64,000 nt of DNA, taken from NCBI RefSeq assembly GCF_009914755.1, contig NC_060941.1; one strand, written 5' to 3'. The stretch comes from the human T2T-CHM13v2.0 reference genome, Homo sapiens. The notes beneath the pieces were generated by a model. The model was given only the letters and a program-made list of their open reading frames with translations, searched no databases and was not told the origin of the DNA. This document shows positions 20,207 through 39,061 of this stretch, in pieces. A program made the translations under genes and the position numbers. Numbering within the stretch: the first letter of the stretch is position 1; every line of letters starts with the position of its first letter.

Positions 20207-21391
20207 TAATCTTCAAAACAACCCTAAGAGATAAGTATTATTGTTCCCACTTCCCAGATGAGGAAACTGGAACTCAAGTAGGCACAGGGAGCAGGAACTG
20301 GCCCCAGGTTCTTCCAGGTTCAAAGTCCTACATTTTACCCATGGATCATCATCTCACCAGCCTCTGTGGGGAAAGCCTGCCTGGGTGCCAGCCCTACTGC
20401 CCACCAAGCTAGCGGAGTGATTCTCCCAGGGTGGTGCCAGTGACAAAGGGCAATGCATGGGGACGTCTCCATCATTGTCACACCACCACCTCCACCTTCA
20501 CTGTGCCTCTCTCTAGGTTTAATCTTTCTTCCTTTTCCTCCTCACTTCCCTCTGTATTATCAATCTCCTTCCTGTATCGGGACTATTTCCTCAACAGGCC
20601 CGGGGAAGCTCTTGTCTATGGAAGTCCTCTTTGGCCTTAAGCTTCCCTCTAAGAGCTCCAGCAGATGAGTAACCTGTCCTCCTGCAAACACTGCCATGAA
20701 GTGCGTAGGCAGCTGCCTGCCTTCAGGGCTGGATGGACACCCTGTTTCCTTGCTCAATCCCTTCTGATGACTGGACTCTGTACACAGTGTGGTCAGTGGG
20801 TCAGCTCTGATCTGGAAGCTCCCAAAGGCAGGACACAAGATTTTCTCTGACTGTTCCCAGGCCCCAGGGCGTGTTGGGCACGGGAGCGTGTGGCACGGAT
20901 GTTGTTCGTGATGAGGCATATTCTAGTGGTTTCCCAATTCGGTTGTGTACAACCCAGTGCTCTAGTGTTCAGTAAATACTTCCTTCCTCTTTAGGCAGAA
21001 CACTGGCTCTGTGTTTTATTAACAGCACCTCATGCCTGGCCCAAAGAATGATTTGTGTGGCTTGGGCTGTTGGGGTCAGAAATGGCATTCATTCATCATT
21101 CACTCTGGAGGTGCTGTGTTTCTGAAGGAGAAGGGGACCTATCCTGGCAAACAAATCAGGGGCTTTATGGTAAACAAACTCCTCTCTTCCCAGCACTTGT
21201 TTCTTGCTCTCTGTTTTTGATTTTCTCTCTCTTTCACTTTTTTTTTTTTTTCACTATACCCGGGCTTCCTGAGTTCCTGACAATTTCTAAAGCCTCAAGC
21301 ATGATCTCATCAGAAACTCTGGCTTCTTTTAACATTTCTTTCCCTTCTGCTGAGTCCTAGTCCATTTAAATTTCCTCTGTGACTCTGGGAA

Positions 21392-21700
<309 letters not shown>

Positions 21701-21898
21701 TAAAGATAACCAAGTGAAAATAGGTTCATCCTCTTTGACTCACAGCCTGGCTGCCTGTGGAGGCAATGAGGAGCTGACATTCACCTGACCCCCGTCCTCT
21801 ACTTTCGGGTATGCAGAGGCTCTCTTTTGCTGCCCGCGTCAAGTTAGAAGAGGCCACATGATTCTTCGGGACAGTGAACCATGAACAAAGGTGTACTG

Positions 21899-22552
<654 letters not shown>

Positions 22553-23159
22553 TCAGCTCTTCAGTCCTCTCATTGTCTGCTGGCATGTTCCATATGGTGC
22601 AAAGTGCCAGAGAGGACATCGTTATGGCTTATGGCTTGTATATTGCAGCTACTCAAATAAAAAAAATTATTAATTTGGGAGATAAACTGGGAGATCAAGG
22701 TTCCAAAGGAGGAGAGGTTCGCCCCAGGGTCACATACAAGGGGAGCAGTGGAGAAACTGCATGGGCTGTGAAGGGGGCTGTATTGAGGATTTCACCAGTG
22801 GCTGGGAAACGGTGAGCTAGGAGACGTCGACGTCTTCAGAGGAGGATCAGGACTTGGGGGAATTTGTGGGTTCCCTGGCAGCCTCACAGTGGTTGTCAGA
22901 CCCTTCCCTCTTTGGAATGTGCCATCACAAGGCATTACATGCAATAGGTGTAATGACGGTGCACTAGCAGGCACACAGTAGGGAGACTGACCTAATGCAC
23001 AGTAGGTAGACATTAGTGCATTAACACACACACATAGTAGGACTGACTGTCAGCATACTAGCAGGCACACACAATAGCTGGCAGGCCTTGACCACGGACA
23101 GAGTATTTTTCTCTACACTGTGGAAGAATATCTGAGGTCCTCTTGAGAAGCGTGAACTA

Positions 23160-23887
<728 letters not shown>

Positions 23888-25196
23888 ATATACACAATTT
23901 AAAGAATAATAAACAATCACCTGTGTCCCCGACACAGAATTTAAGAAGTCCAAGACCTTTGAAGACTCTTGAATGACCTCTCCCAGATGCATATCCTCCT
24001 TTCTTCACCAGAGACTCAGTATCCTCCAATTTGCATTAATCGGTCCCTTGCTTTTCATTGTCATTTAATCCTATACATGTGTATCCCTGAGCAATGCATT
24101 GTGGGTTGGCACATTGATTCCACTGCATATGTGACCCAGTCCCTCTCCCTAACTTCTGGTGGGTGAGCTCAGTGGAGTTCTCTTACCAAGGTAGATTCCT
24201 CCAAGCAAGGGCTGGCCCTTTTTCCGTTTTCTGTGACCTCAGACAGCGACTCTGACCCAAACGAGCAACCACAGGTCATAAGGAGATAATCCAAGAAGGC
24301 TCCTTAGAGCAGGGAAAATTGAACCTGGGAAGGATTTGGATAAACAGGAAGGGGAAGAAAGGGAATTTTTGGAAGAGAGAACAGTGCAAACCAAAGCAAG
24401 TTCATAGCCACACACATTCAGGGCATCTGTTGGGAGCCTGTGGGGGTGCTAAGTTTGGACAGGCAATGGCTGGAATGAACGTGCTCTGGGCAGTGAAGGA
24501 GACGGGGTGGGGGGCATACATCCTTCATCCATGAAAAGCGGCACATGCTGTCAGGTTGGCCCAGAGATGCCTCAGATTCATCAGGTAAGGCTCAGCCATA
24601 CCGAGGTAACAGACAGTTTTCCTTCTCACCCATACAAAGGCGGCTGCAGTGACTCAAGAAAATCTCCCCTTGGGGCAGTAATATCATGACCCATATGGGG
24701 AATCTTCCCTCCTCTCTCCCAGCTGTGAGTTGACAAACTGTAGCCGTGAAGCTGCTGCCAGTTTTTGTAAATAAAGTTTTGCTGAAAATTAGCCAGGCAT
24801 GCTGGTGCTCCCCTGTGGTCCCAGGTACTCAGGAAGCTGAGGCAGGAGGATGGCTTGAGCCTGGGAGGTCCAGGCTGCAGTGAGGTAAGAAGGAGCCACT
24901 GGACTCCAGCCTGGGTGATTGAGACCCTGTCTCAAAAAAAATTTTTTTTATTGGAACACAGCTATAGAAATTTTTTTTTTTTTTTTGAGACTGAGTCATG
25001 CTCTGTAGTCCAGGCTAGAGTGCAATGGCGCTATCTCGGCTCACTGCAATCTCCGTCTCGCAGGCTCAAGCAATTCTCGTGCCTCAGCCTCCCAAGTATC
25101 TGAGATTACAGGTGCCCGCCCCCACGCCTGGCTAATTTTAAGTAGATACAGGGTTTCACCATGTTAGCCACGCTGGTCTCAAACTCCTAACCATAG

Positions 25197-26769
25197 TGTG
25201 TCCGGAATTGGTGGGTTCTTGGTCTCACTGACTTAAAAGAATGAAGCCGCCAACGTTACAGCTCTTAACGTGGCGCGTCTGGAGTTTGTTCCTTCTGACG
25301 TTCAGATGTGTTCAGAGTTTCTCCCTTCTGGTGGGTTCGTGGTCTCGCTGGCTCAGGAGTGAAACTGCAGAACTTTGCTGTGAGTGTTACAGCCCTTAAG
25401 GTGGTGCATAGCACTAGCAAGATTTATTGCAAAGAACAAAGCTTCCACAGTGTAGAAGAGGATCAGACCAGGTTGCCACTGCTAGCTCCGGCAGCCTGCT
25501 TTTATTCTCTTATCTGGCCCCACCCACATCCTGTTGATTGGTAGAGCCCAGTGGTCTGTTTTGACAGGGCACTGATTGGTGCGTTTACAATCCCTGAGCT
25601 ACACACAAAGGTTCTCCACGTCCCCACCAGATTAGCTAGATACAGAGCGTCTACACAAAGGTTCTCTAAGGCCCCACCAGAGTAGCTAGATACAGAGTGC
25701 CGATTGGTGCATTCACAAACCCTGAGCTAGACACAGGGTGCTGATTGGTGTGTTTACAAACCTTGAGCTAGATACAGAGTGCCGATTGGTGTATTTAGAA
25801 TCCCTGAGCTAGACATAAAGGTTCTCCAAGGCCCCACCAGAGTAGCTAGATACAGAGTGTCGATTGGTGCATTCACAAACCCTGAGCTAGACACAGGGTG
25901 CTGATTGGTGTGTTTACAAACCTTGAGCTAGATACAGAGTGCCGATTGGTGTATTTAGAATCCCTGAGCTAGACATAAAGGTTCTCCAAGGCCCCACCAG
26001 AGTAGCTAGATACAGAGTGTCGATTGGTGCATTCACAAACCCTGAGCTAGACAGGATGCTGATTGGTGTATTTACAATCCCTGAGCTGGACATAAAGGTT
26101 CTCCACGTCCCCACCAGACTCAGGAGCCCAGCTAGCTTCACCCAGTGGATCCCGCACTGGGGCTGCAGGTGGAGCTGCCTGCCAGTCCCGCGCCGTGTGC
26201 CCGCACTCCTCAGCCCTTGGGTGGTCGATGGGACTGGGGGCTGTGGAGCAGGGGGCGGCGCTCATCGGGGAGGCTGGGGCTGCACAGGAGCCCACGGAGG
26301 GGGTGGGAGGCTCAGGCATGGCGGGCTGCAGGTCGCGAGCCCTGCCCCGCGGGAAGGCAGCTAAGGCCCGGCGAGAAATTGAGCGCAGAGCCGGTGGGCT
26401 GGCACTGCTGGGGGACCCAGTACACCCTCCGCAGCCGCTGGCCCGGGTGCTAAGCCCCTCATTGCCCCGGGCCGGCAGGGCAATGAGCCCTGCCATTGGT
26501 GCGGAGCCCGCCAAGCCCACGCCCACCCAGAACTCCAGCTGGCCTGCAAGCGCCGCGCGCAGCCCCGGTTCCCGCTCGCGCCTCTCCCTCCACGCCTCCC
26601 TGCAAGCTGAGGGAGCCGGCTCCGGCCTTGGCCAGCCCAGAAAGGGGCTCCCACAGTGCAGCGGTGGGCTGAAGGACTCCTCAAGTGCCGCCAAAGTGGG
26701 AGCCCAGGCAGAGGAGGCGCGGAGAGCGTGCGAGGGCTGTGAGGACTGCCAGCACGCTGTCACCTCTCA
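25197..26769 (-). mobile_element. Solo LTR12C (ERV9/HERV9 LTR) with 4-bp TSD
   Basis: Minus strand begins TGAGAGGTGACAGCGTGCTGGCAGTCCTC and ends ACCAATTCCGGACACA (TG...CA). ATAG is duplicated at 25193-25196 and 26770-26773. Internal CCAAT tandem repeats. Confidence 0.93.
25570..26120 (-). repeat. LTR12 U3 enhancer tandem repeats (about 40-bp subunits, 160-bp higher-order unit)
   Basis: cgattggtgcattcacaaaccctgagctagaca recurs at 25701, 25861 and 26021. Confidence 0.9.
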
Positions 26770-27130
26770 ATAGGTGATCTGCCCACCTCAGCCTCCCAAA
26801 GTGCTGGGATTATAGGCATGAGCTACGGCACTCGGCCACAAATTAAAATTTTTTATTTTGTAGTACAGACAGGGTCCCACTATGTTGTCCAAGCTGGTAT
26901 TGAACTCCTGGGCTCAAGTGATCTGTCCACCTCGGCCTGAATAAAATGATTATACTGCCATTTCTTGATTTATCAATTTTAGAAATTATTTATTTTCAAT
27001 TACAGTAGATCAATATTTACATACTTAAAACTGCTACCTCTACATCTGCTTCCCACCCACCATCCTGCAGGGCGCACCCACGGAGATGGGGCTGAGACCT
27101 GGCCTGGGCAGCTGGGGGCCTCTTGGGGCA

Positions 27131-29290
<2,160 letters not shown>

Positions 29291-29760
29291 AAATTTGCAA
29301 GGAAAAATAGCAGCAAAAAATAGGTTATGTTAAACAAACAAAGGCTAGCAATAGCGTTGGAAATCCTCAAAAGGAGAAGAAAACCATCGCACCACCAGTG
29401 CCTCCTGGACCCGAGCCTTCAGGGAGTGTGTGAGTCCAGCCTGGCCCAGCTGCCTTGGCGCTGCTTGTTTTCATTGTCTTCTTATTGGCCCTTTCCCATT
29501 CTCCTTCTCCTCTCAACACCTTTCTACTTCTCTTGGCCACCTTGTCCTTTTGTCCTGGCATCTTGAAGAAACAATAGGGAAGCAAGAAATAAAAATTAGA
29601 GGATGGAAAAAAGAAAGGAAGAAAGGAAAGGAAAGGAAGGGAGGGAGGAAGGAAATGAGCTTTTGGATCAACCAAACCTGAATCGAATCCCAGTGCTACC
29701 ATCAGTCAGCAGGGAAAAGCGAGTGTTCATGACCTTGAGTGGATTTTGTTTCCTCTCTGA

Positions 29761-31091
<1,331 letters not shown>

Positions 31092-32377
31092 TGCTCTATT
31101 TTACCTACCATACATTGTCCTCTCAGATTAAAATAATAGTACCTTCAGTTAATAATACCTTGCATTTAGGAAGTTGCTTTCCTCCCATCAGCTCAAAGCC
31201 CTCTACAAACATGACCTCATTCATTCTCCCAGGAGTGGGACAGTCCTAAGTTTCCCAGCTACTCATCTCCAACCGGATTCTCAGAAGCCAAAATATGGAT
31301 TAAGCACTTCCATGTCTCAGGACCACAAATCACGGGCTCTGTTGCTCTCCTTCCTTCTTCCTGAGTGACCTTAGGCCCACAGAAGATAACTAGTACCTGA
31401 GTCTCTCTGGCTTGGGGGCCTTGCCCTCCATGCCCCGCCCAGGTGCCCACAGCTGGGCCCTGCAATTGTTAAACATTACATAAACTGGATAAACTGCCTT
31501 GATTTCCAGGAAATAACAGGTTTGGCAACTTTGGACTCTTGCTTTCCTTGGGAACTTACTTCTGAATTAAGACCTACGGGCTCATAGGGGACATTCCACT
31601 ACAGCCAGAAATGTCTCTCCCCAGGGTAGACCCTCCTACTCACGGCCCTGGCATGTTTGACACCCGCATGTACTTATGAAAACCTGGAGCCCCACAGTGA
31701 CAGTACTTCCTTCTTCTGGGCTGCTTGCGGCCTGAGCTCCCTGGCAGTGTATGCTGCCAGCTGCTCACTTTTGTTTTCACCTTGCAATTACTGGACGGGA
31801 AGGCTGCAAGCTATACTGGAGTCTCCAGCCACACGCCAGGTCCCAGCCCACGTGTACTTCAGGGCCATTCCCAGGAAAAAGCTGACTCCTACTCCTTCAA
31901 AACAAACAAATAAACAAAAAACGAACCAAATGGAATGAGCTCATGATAGTACCTGAATTTGTTTTTCATCAGTACAGAAACATTAACATTAATTGTAATC
32001 TTCTTCTTGTTTGTAAACTTTAAAAATACATACTGTCAAGTTTTCTTAGATAGGGAGTTAAATCCAATTTAGGCAAAGTCAAGATAGAACCACGACGTGC
32101 TTTCTTATTATAAGCCTCCTTCTGTTCTGCAGACCTTTAGCTGGTTAAAATACACTCTGTAATTAGTAGTTCAGATAAAAAACTCACAAAGTTCTCCTGA
32201 AACAGAAACTCTTAACAGTGAATCCCTAACAATATTTATCTTCCCAATCTCTTCTGCCCCTTCCCCAATCTGCTTAAACTCCTAGTTCTTTTCCTACCCC
32301 CACAATTCTCAAACACAGCCCTGAAGATCAAACTCTAATCCAGAAGATGGAAGCTCAGCACATACAAACAAATTTGG

Positions 32378-32840
32378 GGCCAGGCATGGTGGCTCACACC
32401 TGTAATCCCTGTGCTTTGGGAGGCTGAGGCAGGAGGATCACTTTAGTCCAGGAGTTCAAGACCAGCCTGGGCAACAATAGTGAGATCTCATCTCTACCAA
32501 AAATTCAAAAATTAGTCAGGCATGGTGGTGTGTGCCTGTAGTCCCAGCTACTCGAGAGGCTGAGGCAAGAGGATCGCTCGAAGTTACAGTGAGCCATGAT
32601 CATGTCACTCTAGCCCTATCTAACAACCACCACCACCAAATTTTGGACTTTAAAGGGCTACCACTGAGAAACAGTATCTCTGTAGAAACACTCACTGTTT
32701 GTTATTGTTTGTTTTTATTTGGTAGAGATGGAGTCTGTGCTATGTTGCCCAAGCTGGTGTTGAACTCCCGGCCTCAAGTTATCCTCCTGTCTCGGCCTCC
32801 CAAAGTGCTGGGATTATAGGTGTAAGCCATCCCAACCCCA
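32378..32840. mobile_element. AluJ (+) and FLAM-like (-)
   Basis: Alu consensus. Confidence 0.8.
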
Positions 32841-33119
32841 GACTCCACCCCTACTGCCACCCGTTGTTTTTTTAAAAGATGGTAGAAATTAAAGCTTCAT
32901 CTTAGCTTTCGTGACAAGCAAGAGAAAAAAAAAAAAAGAAAATTAAAGCTTCAGTTAGGTCAACCGATTTAACAAGAAAAAATTCTTGACTTGGCATTTT
33001 GGCCACTGAGAAAGTCTCACTTTTTTCCTTGCATATTTCCTTGCATATCGTATTTATTGTACATAAATCTTGGCTTCCATCTTCAGAGAGCAAAGTCTTT
33101 GGTCTAAAAACTGAGAAAA

Positions 33120-33290
33120 TACTGCTCGATCCTTGCGGTGGGTAGTGATTAGAAGAGGGCAGGACGCGGGTTCCTAGGGTGCAAGTAACGTTCTGTTAAT
33201 TGATCTGGGTGTTCACTTGGTGAAAAGTCTGGGAGCTGTACCTGCGACATCGCACTTTCCTAATGTACGTTATATTTCAATAAAAGATTT
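33120..33290 (+). mobile_element. L1ME-type extreme 3' end remnant
   Basis: gttctgttaattgatctgggtgttcacttggtgaaaa...gttatatttcaataaaa matches ancient L1ME 3' ends. Confidence 0.55.
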
Positions 33291-33632
33291 TTTTAAATTG
33301 GACTGCTTGAAAGTTATTTTTAAAAATTACATGCTTTTGAGACTTGAGCAGCTGCAAAGGCTCTGTTTTCTATTTTGATCATTCTGTTTCTCGAGATGAC
33401 CACATCTTTCAGAGGAAATGAGTCAAAGCCACTCTGTCTTGCTTTTCCAGCTGAGCATGTTCTGTTTCAATGAAGTAATGAATGAACTTGGCCGCACCAC
33501 CCCCAAGCCTACAACAGCAAACAGAGGGCCCTCGGCCAATCAGCAGGCACTCCGGGTTTTCAAGTTGAGTTCAAACAGGACCACCGGAGGCCAATCAGAG
33601 TGCGCGGCCCCGCCCCGAACGCCCGGCCGTGA

Positions 33633-34576
<944 letters not shown>

Positions 34577-36045
34577 TGACAGCCATGTTGCCGGGGAGCG
34601 CCGCGCCGCGAATGTAAACAAAGAGCCAAAATGTCTTCCAGGAAAGAGCGGCTCCCGGGCCGGCGCTGGCGCCTCCAACTTTGAGGCCCGCCTCCCGGGC
34701 TGCTGCTGCTTGGCCTCGGGACTGGTGCCCGGCACTGGTCCCTGGGGGGAAGCGGCGCCAAAGTTGGGGGGAGGGGGAGAGGGCCGGGGGCCTGGCGAGG
34801 GGCTCAGGAGCTGGGGGACCCCAGAGCCAGGGGATGGGGAGGGGGAGAGGGTGATGCCCGGACGTCTGGGGCACTGGGAAGCCCGCGCGAAGGGCCCAGG
34901 GAGGGCGATGGGGGTGCTTGTGTTTATGGGGACCCCCTCGTGCTGTTGAGTGGTTTCCCCCCTCCCCCTCCACACACACACACACCCAGCGCTACAGGGA
35001 ACAGGAAAGGCATGAATCCACCCTGGCTCAGGAAGCCGGGCTCTACCCACAAAGATCTGTTCAACCTTCCGAAGCCCAAGGGGACTGGGAAGTTGGAAGG
35101 ACATACATCCCCCAAGCCAGGAGGACACACAGATTTTGACCCAAGATAAGGCCAGGAATGTGTCTTTAATCTCTGTGTTGAGCTCCACCAGCCCAGCACA
35201 CAGAGAAGTGGTCCGGGGTCTGGATTTGCTTTCTTTTTCATTCTAGCCCAGGCCCAAGCTTTTGCCCTCCTGGCCATGGGGTACTCTGCTTTCTTGAGGC
35301 CCAGGACATCTCTCCTGTACCCTACCCCCCTAGTTACCTATTAGCCCTGCTGGGGGAGGAGGGGCAGGGCTCAGCGATAGGGATCTTAAAACATTGTTCC
35401 CCAGGAGAGCTGTTGTGGACTCTAGGTGCATTTTTGGGATTTTTAACACTTGGTGCCCTTGCCTTTGGCTCTCTGTTTTCATCTAGTCACAGAGGACAAG
35501 TAGAGGGGTCTGTCTTGACCTTGTTAGCTAGTTTTTCTCAGAATGGCTGATGCTGTATATAAATCAAGCCAAAATGGCATTTGAGTATGATGGGAGCATG
35601 GTGCTGGCCACAGGGCTCTTAGAAACCCAAGAGGGTTTCATCTCCAGGGGACACCGTCCCCTGCACTTGACCAGGAGAAATGGCCAGCACCCGCCTATGC
35701 TTGAGTCTCGAAGCTTCCTGCCATCTCCTGTCACCGGATCCTTGAGATTTCCTTCCACCAGCTGTGGCCATCCCAAAAAACTCAGAACTTCCAGATACTA
35801 CAGCCATTCTGAGGGGCTGAGAACAGGGAGGCTCCCCAGGAAGAGCTGGTCTGGCATCCTGTTTAGTTCCTATTGCCCCTCCTCTGCAAATCCCAAGGAG
35901 ATGCTAAGTCTCTTTTGAAGCTTCCCTCAAGGAAGGCAGCAGGTTTTGTAACACACATAACCAGTGTGTCCATCAGTGCCCAAGTCTGAGTGCCTTAGCA
36001 GCACAGTGGAGGACACCATCCCTGCTCTCAAAAAGTTCATGGTTT

Positions 36046-37609
<1,564 letters not shown>

Positions 37610-38686
37610 TGAAGAGCCCTCAAGTCGTTCCCCCAACTCCTGCGCCTGGGGGAGGGGCCAGTGTTGCTAAAATTAGGAGAAATTCAAAGAAGGACTCCTG
37701 TGGCTTCCTGGGAAAGGGAGAAAGCAGCTTTGAGGTCCCAGCCAGTTTTGTGTGGTCTTGTTCTCTGTGTTGCCTCTTGCCCATGCTGCTGACGAGGTGC
37801 TCCTGGATGGCACTCCAGCCCCTGCCCCCAGGGTAGTGACAGAAGACAGCAGATGGGGGACTGTAGCTACCCCCAGGAAGAGGACTGAGGGGCTGGACAG
37901 ACTGAGAAACTGCCAGCCTGCAGGCAAGGGCAGGCCAGCTGTGTTTGTGGCCTGAGGCTACAGACACAGGACATTGAAATCCCTGGTTTGTGTCCTCAAG
38001 GGGCCCAGATATAAAGGGGCTCTTGACTCTGTGCAGCGTGGCCCAGTAGATGTTAAGAGCTTGGGCCTGCAGACTTGGGAGCTGGGGAGGTCCGTCTTCT
38101 CAACTTGCCCTCTGCTGTGGGTGCATTTTCGGGCAAGTGACTTGACTTCTGGGCCTCAGTTTCCTCATTTGTCATAAAGAGAGGATAATTGAAGCCACTA
38201 AGTGTCATTGTTAAGGGAGGCAAAGCCTTCAAGGCCTGGTGGCTGTCACCCTTAGTGTGGTGTGAACCCATCCACCAAGGTGGCTTAACTTTTCCAGGGT
38301 TGGCACAGGAGGGAGAGCCTCCCCGCTGGCCGCTCTCCCTTGCCTAGCAGCCTGGGAGCATCTGAGGGTGGCTGGTGGGGCAGTCAGCTGGTCTCCCTGC
38401 CCAGGGAAGGTGCGGAACAGTGGTGTCCTGGGCTGCCCCCTTGCCCTTTCACTTTAATCTGACACCTTAGCTCCTGGGTGCAATTAACCATTTACTTTGA
38501 ATGCTCCTCGGGGTGTCATTTCCAGGCCTCATGAAACCCCGTTGGTTTTGATAAGGTTCTTGGGTTTTGTCCTTGTTTTCTGTTTGTATTGCCTCGGGGA
38601 GAGGGCACTTTTGTCCTGTGGAAGCTGCTTGTGCGAAAATGAATGAAGCTGAAAAATGGGAGTAAAGGAGCGGCTGGCCTGGGTAA

Positions 38687-39061
<375 letters not shown>

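Larger units (their letters stand above)
24971..26837 (-). mobile_element. Alu split by the LTR12C insertion (24971-25196 plus 26770-26837)
   Basis: Alu sequence ...aactcctaacc-atag resumes as atag-gtgatctgcccacctcagcctcccaaag after the LTR. Confidence 0.9.

Noticed and set aside
25570-26120. Regularly spaced repeats superficially like a CRISPR array
   Set aside because: The spacers are themselves repeated, the array is inside an ERV9 LTR in a human locus, and there are no cas genes.
25914-26773. ORFs of 100-238 aa inside LTR12C
   Set aside because: They lie in the non-coding GC-rich U3 and show no gag, pol or env motifs.
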